A stretch of 62,196 bases of DNA, counting the filler, from Vannella sp. (lineage: Eukaryota): the NCBI GenBank assembly GCA_023345925.1. It is 6 parts of 6 records of this genome, joined end to end, with 100 filler letters (N's around TTAATTAATTAA, not from the genome) between each part and the next. Parts side by side here need not be neighbours in the genome. Positions count along the whole stretch, not along the records: positions 36,734 to 53,503 come from JAJQQN010001268.1; positions 53,604 to 62,196 come from JAJQQN010001019.1; 4 more parts are not named here. The stretch is one strand, 5' to 3'. The translations under genes and the position numbers were made by a program. Positions 44,983-55,923 of this stretch are shown here, piece by piece (positions within the stretch are counted from its first letter, which is position 1; every line of letters begins with the position of its first letter). The notes below the pieces were generated by a model that had not been told where the DNA came from, searched no databases, and saw nothing but the letters and a program-made list of their open reading frames with translations.

Positions 44983-47900
44983 ATGTCGGTCAGCGCCCAA
45001 ACCCGTTCCCAACTGAAGAAGCGTTACCGGGAGGGCGCTGGAGTGAGTTCTTTGAGTAAGGACTTGAAGAAGGTCGCTCGGTTCGTGTCTGTGGTGGGCG
45101 AGGATGGGCTGAGCTTGCTGTACGAGGAAACGCAGCCGCCCCTTCGGTTTGATAGTGCGAGGCGGCTGGGGAAGACAAAACGCAACATCTCCAGCTTCTT
45201 TCACGTGAGACGTGTTCTCTTGACTCTTTGTATGGCTCTGGAAGGCTCTGAACGATGCCGGGAGGTCGATACAATCATCCGGAAGCATTTCGAGACAGCC
45301 AAGTTCGAACTCGGCGCTTTCCTTCCCAGTGCCTTCCCAGAGGGCTCCCCAGTCTCCAAAGTTCTCACATGTTTCAGCGAGGTATCTTTGACTCCCTTCT
45401 TTACCTCTTACACCTCTTTGTGACACTGTGCAGAGCTACTTGAAGTCTGCGCCAGAGGATTTCCGTCAAGTGTTGGGCGCAAGCTCTCCCACATCAGTAG
45501 TAGAACACTCCTGGAGAGTCAGAGTACTTGTATCTTCTGAGAATGTCCATATCGTCCACGAGAAGAGGGAGCAATGCGTGATCAACCGATTTGAGCTGAA
45601 ATGGGAGCTCACAACGTCACTCAAAGGCCTTGTCTTTGACGAGGTCGCCTTTAAGGTACTTGCAACTTCACTGAATCGATATGCTCTGCTGTATGCTCAC
45701 AATTGCTGTCAGATTACTGACCTCCGCTTTAACTTTGACTTTATCAGCGAAAAGGCACGGGCGGACATCCAACAGTCCCTGAACAAGTAAGTAGACCCAT
45801 TAGACTCTTCTGGTATGGAAGAGAACTCACGTAGGAGTCAGATTTATCGATCCCGAGCTCTTTGCGTTCTTGTCAGAACAGCATTTGCCCATTTGCCCTT
45901 CTCTTAGTCTTGCTGAGCGGGACCGCGACATCCTCTTGCCGGGGGAGTTGGTCGTGGGAATGTTTGATAACGTGCAGTATCTTCATAGTCAACTGCCTGA
46001 GAGTGTCAAGCTGATGGGCCGGCTGCTGGTGACTAACTTCAAGATACTTTTGGGGACTCCCGAGGACCTCGAGATTCTCAACCTCCCGCTGGCATGCATC
46101 CTCCGCACTGATCTTAGAGAGGGCAAGGAAGTGGAGTTTGTGTGCAAAGAGATTCTCTCGTTTCGGCTGGGCTTTGGAGAGGCCCAGTACGAACCGTTCA
46201 TTCATCTGGTGGAGAGAATCTTCCCTGTTCATCCCAATCAGCTTTTTGTGAGCGCTTACTATCAAGCTTGTGTGGGCTCCTCCGACATTGAATTGAACAC
46301 TTTAGTGCCAGAGTCAGTAACTACTAACGGTTGGCGAGTGTACAACCCTTTGGAAGAGTTTGAGAGGCTCCAATTGGAGTCCCATCGCTGGCGCGTTTCC
46401 TCTGCAAATGCAGCGTTTGAGCTTTGTCCCTCTTATCCGAAGCATTTGGTCGTTCCAAACTCTTTAACTGATGCGGAGCTCTTGTCAGCTTCGCAGCATC
46501 GGGGACAGCAAAGAATACCGGTCTTGGCGTGGCGCCATCGAAACGGAAGCTTCCTTTGCCATGGTGCAGGGTTGGCAATCGCCCAAAAATCAGGAGAAGG
46601 ATCTCTTTTACCAAGTGCAGATAGCAAGCTCTTGGAAGCTATCATGCGGAACGGTTGCTCGGCGAATGGCAACCAACTCACTCCTCGAGGGTCGTCTTCG
46701 CGTATCGCTACCCCACTAACTCCAAAGGGCAGTACCAAGGCCTCATTCTCCAAACGCAATCCCTTCCGAATGCACGCGAAGAAGACTTCTGACTTGAGTG
46801 CACTTCTTCAAGAGAGTGATATGTGCATCCTCGAGTTCGGAGAAAGCACTCAAGGCCTGTCGGATGCCTTCGAAGCTCCAGGGACACTCTTATACACCCG
46901 TGAAGTGGTGAATATCGATTCACTAGCAGAGATGCAGGAAACCTATTCCCGCATTCAACGGTTATGCACGGCTCCTTATTCACCTGAGACGGAAGAAAAC
47001 TGGCTCACCCAACTGGAGGCAACTCGCTGGATAAGTCAACAACAAAACCTGATGCAAACCGCCCTCCGAGTGGTAGAAATGGTCACTCGCGGGACATCTG
47101 TGCTTCTTTGCTACCCCGAAAGTGAGTTCGACCGAGTCTGCCAAGTCAGCTCGTTGGCACAACTGTGGATGGACCCTCACTATCGAACACTCGCTGGCTT
47201 CGCCAAGCTAATTGAGAAAGAGTGGCTGTCCTTTGGACACTCTTTCTCTCACCGAGCAGGATATCTCACTCGCGAGAATCATCCCGAGATTGCTCCAGTT
47301 TTCATCCAATTCCTTGATGGGGTGTGGCAGTCTCTTCAACAGTTTCCGTACGCGTTCCAATTTACCAATAAGCTGCTTGTGGAGCTGGCAGCAGAGTATT
47401 TCTCCGCAAGATACGGGACATTCTCTTTCAACAACGACCGCGAGCGTCGCGCGGTTTTCGCACCAAGCAGCACCGCCTCTTTCTGGACGCATGTCTTACT
47501 GGATCCTTCTTACCTCAGCCCACTTTATGTAGCTGATTGGGAAGCGACCCTTCTCCCTTCCGCTGACTCTCGCTCCTTAGCATTGTGGACGAGCTACTTC
47601 CTGAGGTGAGACGCTCTATCAAGCCATCTATCCTATTTCTAACCCCGCTCAGATGGTACCAAGGTGACCAAATTGTGTCTTTGCCTCGCACTTCGGCAGA
47701 GACTTGTGGCTCAGACATTCTCGCTTGGGCCAACAACTCGTTAGCCTCTTCCGCGGTCGAAAGGTTCCAGAGCCAATTAGACTCTCTGAAGAGCGCTGAA
47801 AGGGACATTATGGCCAAGATTCAGGCCGAGAAGGAACGGCTGAAACTCATCAAAGGAGGAGCGGATCTTCCCGCTGCTAACATTCGCATTCTCGAACGGC

Positions 47901-48211
47901 GCCAAACGAACGAAATGCCAGAGAACTCCCCGAAACCCTCTTCTCGTCCCAAACGGTCACGAGTCAGAGCCCTTGCGGCTGAAGTGCCGATTTCCCCCTC
48001 GATGGACAACATTCAAAGCGCTCTTCAGCTTTCCCAAGTCAGCTCCATCTCTGCCACCGATGAGGCCCAATCTAGAACAGCCAGAAGCTTCACAGAGACA
48101 AAGGAAGAGGCCACAAAGTTAAGTGACTCTGGCCGGGGCTCCTCTCGCAAGAAGAAGCCGAAAACCCCTTCCCGTCGTATCGCGCCCCTCTCTGGATCTG
48201 TTGGTCAATAA
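44983..48211 (+). CDS. Myotubularin-related protein (uncharacterised N-terminal domain, PH-GRAM, probably inactive phosphatase, coiled coil), multi-exon
   Basis: GRLLVTNFK (GRAM), GWRVYNPLEEFER, LCPSYP, RIPVLAW, SSLAQLWMDPHYRTLAGFAKLIEKEWLSFGH, PVFIQFLDGVWQ. Upstream exons splice in frame (QSLNK|FIDPELFAFLSEQ). Confidence 0.85.
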
Positions 48212-48267
48212 GATAGCAAGCACATTGCGTATACTCCTCTTCATCATGTTCTATAAATGGCAATGGC

Positions 48268-50649
48268 CTAGAGCGGAGGAGGAGCGGCCAAAGCAGCGGC
48301 GACCTTGTCGGCAAGAATCGGGTTGAATTGAGCGGATGGATGGCGGGCCAGTTCGTTGGGTACCTGCTGACCTGACTTGTTGAGCGTTTCCTTGAGGAAC
48401 CACATCAGTGCGGTATCTTCGTTGCACATGAAGGAAGTTGCCAATCCGTCCATTCCAGCTCGCCCGGTTCGACCAATGCGATGAATGTAGTGAGACTCAA
48501 CGGTCGGCAAGTCGTAGTTGATAACGTGAGTCACTCCAGGAATATCCAAACCGCGAGCGGCGACATCGGTGGCCACGAGAATGCCAAATTTACCTGTTTT
48601 GAACGATTCCAAAGAGTATTCTCGCGCGTCCTGCGACTTACTGGAGTGAAGAACCGTCGCAGAGAATCCAGATTGATTCAAATCGCGTGCAATTGAGTCG
48701 CAAACCTTCTTCTGGTTAGCAAAGACAATGATGGGAGGAGGTGGACCATTCTGGAGTGCCTCTAAAAGTCTCTTCTTCTTGTCCCCGTCTCCCTTGACAA
48801 AGATAACCTTCTGAGTAATCCTATCGACTGCCTTTCCAACCTCTCCAATAGCAATGTAAGCCGGCCGACGAAGGAATGTGCGGGCTAACGACTCGACTTG
48901 AGGGGGCATTGTGGCCGAGTACATGATTGTCGTGCGGAAAAGCTGAGTACTGCTCACCTCCTGTTGTGCCGCAATGGTTTCATCCGCGGACTTGAGCTGA
49001 CTGGAAGGCATGGAAGATAAAACTTCGTTCACCTGCTCAATGAAGCCCATATTGATCATTTTGTCTGCTTCATCCAAAACAACATAGTTGCATTGGTTCA
49101 ATACGGCGTAACGGCTCTTCAAACAGTCAATCATTCGACCTGGAGTGGCAATAATGACTTCGCAGCCCTGCTCCAACAGCATTCCCTGTGCCTCAATGCT
49201 TTGTCCTCCCACCACACTGACAGTGCGTATGTTCATGAACTGAGCAAACTTCTTGCACTCGTCTTCTATCTGCTGCACCAGCTCACGAACTGGAGCCATA
49301 ATCAATGCATAAGGCCCATCGGCCTTGCGGATGGCATCCATTGGGGGGAGCTTGGAGAGATACACCAACATGGGAATGAGGAATGCAGCTGTCTTTCCCG
49401 ACCCCGTCTCAGCAATACCGAGGATGTCACGCCCTGCCAGAGCAATGGGAATGGCCTGGCGCTGAATGGGAGTCGGCTCTTTGTAGCCAACAGCGTCAAT
49501 CGCTTCGAGCAGAGCTGGAGGAAGCCCTGACTCGTTCCAGAAGCGCATAGGCCGCTGGATATCCCTCCCACGTGCGCTGATGTTAAAGTCCTCTCGAAAG
49601 ATGCGCCAATCACGCTCTTCCATCTGGCTGAGCTTCTTCTGAGTCCAGTGAGTGCGTTCTAGTCTATGTTGGCGCTCCACATCACCCCCTTGGTTGCTGT
49701 CAAAGAGAGCGCGCTTCTTCGCACTCAGGCCCTTCCTAAACGCCTCCGTTTGCACTTCGTGGTCGATTCCAGCAATGAATCCCTTTCCAAAGGCAGGCTG
49801 GTACGCTGAACGATGAGAGTAGAGGTTGTTAAAGTCCTTTGAGGTGTCGTCGCTCAAGTCCCAGTCCTGAACGCGAGCAAACTTCTCGCTTGCGCGGATG
49901 GGGCGCAGTTTCTTCTCCTTGAGGCCGAGATAATGCTTGCGGATCTCTTCCATCTCTCTCTCTGCCTCCGTTTGAACCCTTCCAGGTAGTGAAGAAGCCT
50001 CTGCTACCGGCTCGCTGGTCTTCTTCCTCTCTTCTGGTCTCCCCTCTGTCGGGCGATCACGTTTGGTGTCTCTTTCTCGCTCATGGCGAGTCCAACGATC
50101 ACTCTGAGAGCGGGAGGTTTCTCTAGAAGGATTAGCAGATGCGCGAGCTTCTTGGAGGAAGCTAAGACGCTCTTGGCGCTCCTTTTCACGCTTCAACTGA
50201 AGAGCCTCGACTTCAGCTTGGCGCTGAGCGAGCGCCCGGGCCTCTCTCTGCTTCGCAGAGAGGAAGACAGGCTTCTTCTTCGCTTCCTCTTCAGCTTTCT
50301 TCGTCTCTGCAAGCTCTTCGAGAGAAACTGGCTCTGTTCTCTGCTTCTTCTTCGGTGGCGCCGGTGCAACGTCTGGAGCGAGTGGCGATGGCTTGGAGAG
50401 GTCTTTCAACTCCTCATAGACCGAAGGAAGCTCCTCCTCCTCGCGCCCGCGACCACTTCGAGAGTCAAAACGGTCTCCCGGTGCGCGATCACGTCCAGTT
50501 CGGTAGTCCCGCCCAGAGGCGCGCTCATCACGCACTCTAGGGGGAGAGTATCGATCTCTCCCACTCCAAGAAGATCCATACTCGCGTTCCCCGCGGTCAT
50601 AGCGGCGTGAAGAGTCTCGCCCGTCGCGGCGGTAGTCATCCCGTGGCAT
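48268..50649 (-). CDS. DDX23: Spliceosomal DEAD-box helicase Prp28/DDX23
   Basis: RD/RE-rich N-terminus, HWTQKKLSQMEERDWRIFREDFNI, AETGSGKT, LDEADKMI, YSATMP, HRIGRTGRAG. Confidence 0.93.
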   Translation of the reverse strand: MPRDDYRRDGRDSSRRYDRGEREYGSSWSGRDRYSPPRVRDERASGRDYRTGRDRAPGDRFDSRSGRGREEEELPSVYEELKDLSKPSPLAPDVAPAPPKKKQRTEPVSLEELAETKKAEEEAKKKPVFLSAKQREARALAQRQAEVEALQLKREKERQERLSFLQEARASANPSRETSRSQSDRWTRHERERDTKRDRPTEGRPEERKKTSEPVAEASSLPGRVQTEAEREMEEIRKHYLGLKEKKLRPIRASEKFARVQDWDLSDDTSKDFNNLYSHRSAYQPAFGKGFIAGIDHEVQTEAFRKGLSAKKRALFDSNQGGDVERQHRLERTHWTQKKLSQMEERDWRIFREDFNISARGRDIQRPMRFWNESGLPPALLEAIDAVGYKEPTPIQRQAIPIALAGRDILGIAETGSGKTAAFLIPMLVYLSKLPPMDAIRKADGPYALIMAPVRELVQQIEDECKKFAQFMNIRTVSVVGGQSIEAQGMLLEQGCEVIIATPGRMIDCLKSRYAVLNQCNYVVLDEADKMINMGFIEQVNEVLSSMPSSQLKSADETIAAQQEVSSTQLFRTTIMYSATMPPQVESLARTFLRRPAYIAIGEVGKAVDRITQKVIFVKGDGDKKKRLLEALQNGPPPPIIVFANQKKVCDSIARDLNQSGFSATVLHSSKSQDAREYSLESFKTGKFGILVATDVAARGLDIPGVTHVINYDLPTVESHYIHRIGRTGRAGMDGLATSFMCNEDTALMWFLKETLNKSGQQVPNELARHPSAQFNPILADKVAAALAAPPPL

Positions 50650-50765
50650 TTCCCTCCCCGCTGCCACCCAATGGGCTCGTTAGAAGCTCATGTTAGGGGA
50701 GAAAGAAGATGAGGTTACACTCCACACTTGCAACAGGCCAGAAAGCCGTCTCATTACGTGGGGAG

Positions 50766-51494
50766 ATGGTGAGAGGGACAGCAAAGTTGCAATGGATGTG
50801 AGCTGACCTTGGGCGTGGAAGCTTCTCCGATTGGAGTTGGTTGATGAGAAGACAGGGCTTTGCCTTTATGATCGCGTGTGGAAGTGGCCTGTGCAGGGCA
50901 ATGGACGGTCAGCCCTTTGCAAGTTTGTCAAGTCGTTGCACCAAGTGTCGCGCTCTCTCCGTGCTGGAGGTCAGAACGATCATTTACTGATACCCTTCTT
51001 CTCAATCTCTTTCTAGATGTCAACCACGTGGACTTTGATGCTTCCAAAGCAGATGTACGGTCTACTGCCTCTCTGACTCGCGGTGTTCTCACTGTAAAGG
51101 GAAGGGGATGCGCTTATCATGTCGCCAGAGTGACGGTATACTCCTTGGACTGTTTCATACCACAAAAGAGACGCCCATAGTCGTCGCCCGTCTAACATTA
51201 GAGATCAAAGACGAGTTCCAAAGGAGTTTCCACGCGCTACACGAGGAACTCCGGGCTGCTTTAGACTCCATTGCAGACGAGAAAGCTCAGGATATGATGA
51301 CAGAGGACGAAGTGCTCCTCCGCTTCAAAGGCTTCGACGGACAAGTCGATGACATCGTTTCTCGCGTCCTTCCGGAGCAAGCAGACAACGGGGGGGACGA
51401 GGGTGTTTCTGAAACAGAGGAAAGTGATAGCAAGAAGACGTCGAATAGTCGTGAGAGGAAACGAGAACCAGAAGAAGGAGCGCCATCACCCTAA
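50766..51494 (+). CDS. Uncharacterised protein, possible longin-like fold (multi-exon)
   Basis: ATG|GTGAGA intron, then LLRLELVDEKTGLCLYDRVWKW...EIKDEFQRSF...RFKGFDGQVDDIV. Internal exon boundaries uncertain. Confidence 0.45.
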
Positions 51495-51571
51495 ACGTGT
51501 CGCTTCGCATCGATGAGTGTTTATTGTACAGACGGTGGACGGACTACCACCCGCGGGCCACGACCAAAGCA

Positions 51572-53503
51572 TCAGCCTTCCAGCGCTCTGTTAGCTTTCA
51601 GGAACGCCTTGGCTTTGATGTCTGTGGGGAGGACGGGATAGCGAGGGTCACTCTAAAAGGGTCTGTGAGAAGGGAGAGCGGGAGGAAGAGCAGGGCCTGA
51701 ACGTACCTCAAAGAAGCGATAGATTGCTTTGGGGGAGAAGCTGTCTTTGGAGTCCACGCGGTACATGAAACACCGGGAAAAGAGAATGTTAGCCGTGTTG
51801 AGCGCTTCCTTCTCAGAAACGTCCAGTTTGGTCTTGAGTAAGCCCATGAGCTTGTCACCTTTGAAGGAGTTGTCGTACGACTTGCCCCGCCACTTGTTCT
51901 CGGAGACAATGCCCCAGCGAGCAAGCTGGATGAGTTGCGAGAGATTCTCTTCAATGATCTGCTCCTCCAGCAGAGCTGCATCCAATATAGGTACCCGGTG
52001 GAGCTGTGAGTTGTTCTGGAAGGGCTCATGGTGCGAAACGTGCTCAATCAGACCGCGCTGTGTCAAAGAGTCAGCAATGGCGAGTGCTTCGTCCACAGAA
52101 TCGAGTTTGAGCTTCTCTTGGAGCCAGGCGACGCCGTCTGAAGCCAGAAAGCAGTCTTTGTAACTGCGGAAACGGTATGTGTGACTCTTATGAGGTATGC
52201 CTTGCGCAGGATCGCGCATGAGATGGAAGAGCTTCTTCAGCTTCTCGTCCTCGATCTTGGCGGTAACCTTGACTTGTCCTTTACGTTCAGATAGTGGTTC
52301 TGACCCCCAAGGGTCCTTCTCCTTCTCAAAGGCACAGCGCGAGTCTAAGAAGAAGACCGGCGATGCGGCTCGTTGGCTCGCAGCATGCTCTTTCAGGGCA
52401 GAGAGGTTGGAAATCTTGTTGACCATGTTGCGCCCTAGTGACATCCGTCGATCACGCATCGCCGCCTTCTTGATTTCCTTCTCTTTGCGCTTCTCCTCGC
52501 GGAAGTTGATGAGCTTAAATGCCAGCTCTATGAGCTCATCCCGTGGTGGTGCGTTAACAACAAAGGGGTGACTCATCAGCTCAGCAGCTGAGGCTCTCAT
52601 CTTTGGGTCCTTGACGAGGCACTTTGCGATGAAATCATGAAAGTTGTCCGACCATCGCTCTTTGTCCTTCAGTGAGGGCGGTGGATGATCTCCTGTGGCT
52701 ATGATAAACAGTGCCTTCACGTGCGCTCATTGTAAGTGCCTGTGGGGTGAAGGAGATGAGGAAACTCACTCGCATGGGCACCATGTCGAAGAAAGGCGGC
52801 TTCTTCTCGGCACACTCAATGGCAGTGATACCTAAGGACCAGATGTCGACCTGTAGTGAAGAAGGAGTGTGTTGGTCAGCGGGTGGGGGAGAAAGGCGAG
52901 TTGAAACCTACACCAGACGAATATCCTTGTTCCATAATCAGCTCCGGGGCCATCCAATAAGGTGTGCCTGTTGCAGTGGAGCGGTTATCCATTGTGTTGG
53001 TAAGCTGGGCGGCAACACCCAAGTCGGCTAAGGAAGAGAAAGGTGAGAACTTCTGCCCACAGTTGTGCCTCTGGTGGAGCTTACCAAGCTTAGAGATTCC
53101 CTCTGTACTGAGCAGCACATTGTCTGCCTTGATATCTCGATGCAGCATTCGTTGGCTGTGTAAGTAGGCCAATCCAGTGACCATGTCTTTCATCAGAATC
53201 GCAATTTGGTTCTCCGTCATCCCGTCCTCGCTCCTGGCAATGATACTAGCATATGATCCTGCTTCACAGAACTCCATGACAATCTAAGGAAGGCAAGAGC
53301 CGAAGGATGGCTGTGAGAGGTCGTTCAATGGACAGGAGCGTCAAGGGACGTACCCAGAGGTCAGAACCTTTCAGGTAGCTCGCAAAGAAGCGGACAACAA
53401 AGGGAGTATCACAACCCATCATGAGCTTGATTTCCTGGCGCATCTTCTCGTTGGCTTCGTCATCATCCCCCCACGGCAGGATTTTGATGGCCACCACTTC
53501 ATC
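51572..53503 (-). CDS. STE20/MST-like Ser/Thr kinase with two C-terminal DEP domains, 5'-truncated
   Basis: VAIK, LW|IVMEFCEAGS, HRDIKADNVLL, ADLGVAAQL, GTPYWMAPE, DIWSLGITAIE. DEP1 YRFRSYKDCFLASDGVAWL; DEP2 WRGKSYDNSFKGDKLM...YRF. Confidence 0.9.
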
Positions 53504-53603
53504 NNNNNNNNNNNNNNNNNNNNNNNNNNNNNNNNNNNNNNNNNNNNTTAATTAATTAANNNNNNNNNNNNNNNNNNNNNNNNNNNNNNNNNNNNNNNNN
53601 NNN
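53504..53603. other. Artificial contig spacer
   Basis: Same linker. Confidence 0.98.
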
Positions 53604-53785
53604 CCAAAAGCCCAAAGGGCCCCTTCTTGAGAGAGAAGGAGCGTGTGGCGACCAAAGGGCATGAGCGGGTGGAAAATGGTCATAAGACTGAAATAGGCAG
53701 CGCAGAGTCCAATGGATTGAGCCGACAACCGAGATCTATCAACATCCTCTCTGAGTGAGGAGGAGAGATTCGTCATTCTTGACAT
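53604..53785 (-). CDS. 5' fragment of a probable RCC1-repeat protein
   Basis: GRHTLLLSQEGALWAFG matches the RCC1 blade pattern; truncated by the spacer. Confidence 0.45.
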
Positions 53786-53879
53786 TCTTGAACCTTTGCA
53801 GAGAGTGTGATCGCTAGCAGGGAATCAGGAAGTAAATAGTTGTAGTTTAGATCAAGAGGCGGTGATAGAAAGCTGGTTA

Positions 53880-55525
53880 TTACTCTTTGAGAGCCTCCTG
53901 GTCGGCAAGTAGTTTCTGTGCCAAAAGTTCGTAGCGCTTGGCGCTCTTTAAATTGGGTTTGCCAATCCCAATACCCTTTTGGAGCATATCTGCCAAGTTC
54001 AGGCAGGCTTGCAAGTTCCCCTGGAGGACTGATTGTAAGAAGGCGACCATGAGCAAGAGATTCTCCTTACCAAGTCGGCCGCTTTCTGATAAGACTCGAA
54101 AGCTTTCATCGAATCCTTTTCAACTCCCAGACCTTGAAGGTAAAGAACTCCCAGAGTGCAATAGCTTTGAGAGAGCTCTGAATTGGAATCTTGGGAACAT
54201 CCTGGTTCTGCTTTTGTCGCTCTCTGATACAATTGGAAAGCTTTCGAATAGTCAAGAGGAAATGGGGAGTCTTCTCCTTGAGCATACCATCCAGCAAGAG
54301 TGAGAAGAGCCCTCCGGTTTCCGCTTTCAGCAGCTCTCTGGATCCAATTCAACCCAATTTCAGAAGCCCCCTTTGTTGCTATTGTCCCGTCAAGATAGAT
54401 GACTCCAAGGAAGTACATCGAATCTCCATTGCCCTTTTCGGCAGCTGCGAAAGGATTGAGATCTTTGGGCCCAGAGAATAAGTGACTTACCCAATAGCAT
54501 ATTGGTAAAGGCTGGGTGATTCGTTCGTTCCTCAGAGGGAATGGACATCCAATTGCTTGGCCAATGAATAAACCCAAGCCAGAAGAAGCCTTCTGCAATA
54601 CCGTGGCGCTCTGCAGCGACGGTAAACAGCTTTGAAGCGAGGGTTGGGACTGTTTCATCCCTAAAGTGAATCGCTCCCAAGTCGTGCCAGGCCATGCCAC
54701 ATTGGCTACTCGATGAACTTGAGTTCCAAACCTCCTCAGAAGGTGGGAGAGTAGTAGAAGGCTCGAGTACCGAGTTACTACCTAATGCAGCTGCCCAAAG
54801 CCAGCGGTAGCCCTGCTCCACGCATGCACGCTGCTCTTCTGCATTCATTTGTGACGCATCTATGATAGGGTATTCCTTGACAGCCTCTAGAGAGCCTCCC
54901 CCTCGCAGGAGACAGAAGAAGTCCCAATGAATGAGTTTGTCAAACAGCAATGATCCTATCATGAAGCGTCCAAGAGGCTCTCCCAGCTGTGCTGCCGTGT
55001 AGAACCAGTAGTGCGCTTCTTTCAACAGTTCCGCAGCCTCCTTCTCTTCAGGAGAGAGCTCAACAACCTGGGGGTTCTCTTGGCGAGCAAGGAGACGCTC
55101 CTTCTCCTGTCTCACCCAGCGGAGGAAGTCAACCTGCGAGGATACACGTGCAATAGCATCTCTCTCTACGCCATGATAGTCCACAACTCCGTCCTCTACC
55201 CGACGTGAGCAAAGGATCCTTCGCCCGCTCATCACGCACCAGACACAAGGAATTCTCTACGTAGGCGGAGCGCATGTTCTTCATAGTGTCGATAAGCCAC
55301 TTCAGAAAGCATAACACCAAGCTGAAGGGCGCTCTCTGTGTTCTGTGGTGAGGCCTCCTCTCGTAACCGTGCCAAGACCAAGTCTTCTGCCTGTTGCCAC
55401 GAGGGAGACTCCATTTGAGCCTTGCATACCAAAGTACACGAGTTAAACCCCCTTGTATCAGTCTTGTAGATCCCAAGAACGCCCCTGGCGCGTGGAAGCG
55501 CGCGCCACAACCGCGAGGATCTCAT
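53880..55525 (-). CDS. Sel1-like repeat protein, probably mitochondrial (multi-exon)
   Basis: Arg-rich presequence-like MRSSRLWRALPRARG. SLR units AAEKGNGDSMYFLGVIYLDG, SYCTLGVLYLQGLGVEKDSMKAFESYQKAADL|GNLQACLNLA. TAA at 53880-53882. Confidence 0.8.
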
Positions 55526-55806
55526 CAACAGGGAAGTGGGTGAAATGCGGTCTGGACTCTTGGACAGACGGCTCCTACCATCCTCCCATGGGCAATTCCG
55601 GACAGGCAACATCAAAGATCAGCTTCAGCCCACTCTGGTCCCGCATTGAAAGGAATAAGCGCCTTGGTAACAAAGGACGCATTCCCTGCTCATTGAACTC
55701 AACCACACGACTGATCAAACCACTCCCACACTTTCTCCAGTCTCACCCACGCTCTCCTATTCGGCCCACAGCAAGAGAAGAGCACTCTCTCGCTTGAATC
55801 AGAAGC

Positions 55807-55834
55807 GGAGGGAGGGAGGGAGGGAGGGAGGGAG
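55807..55834 (+). repeat. (GGAG)7 microsatellite
   Basis: Read directly; intergenic between the DYW-PPR stop and the Sel1 start. Confidence 0.9.
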
Positions 55835-55923
55835 TGCTCCATTCGGAGACAAGAAGGAAAAGAACAAAATCAGCTTTGTGACACTCTCGTGTTCGGGGCT
55901 TGGTTGGTAGTTCAACTGAAGCT

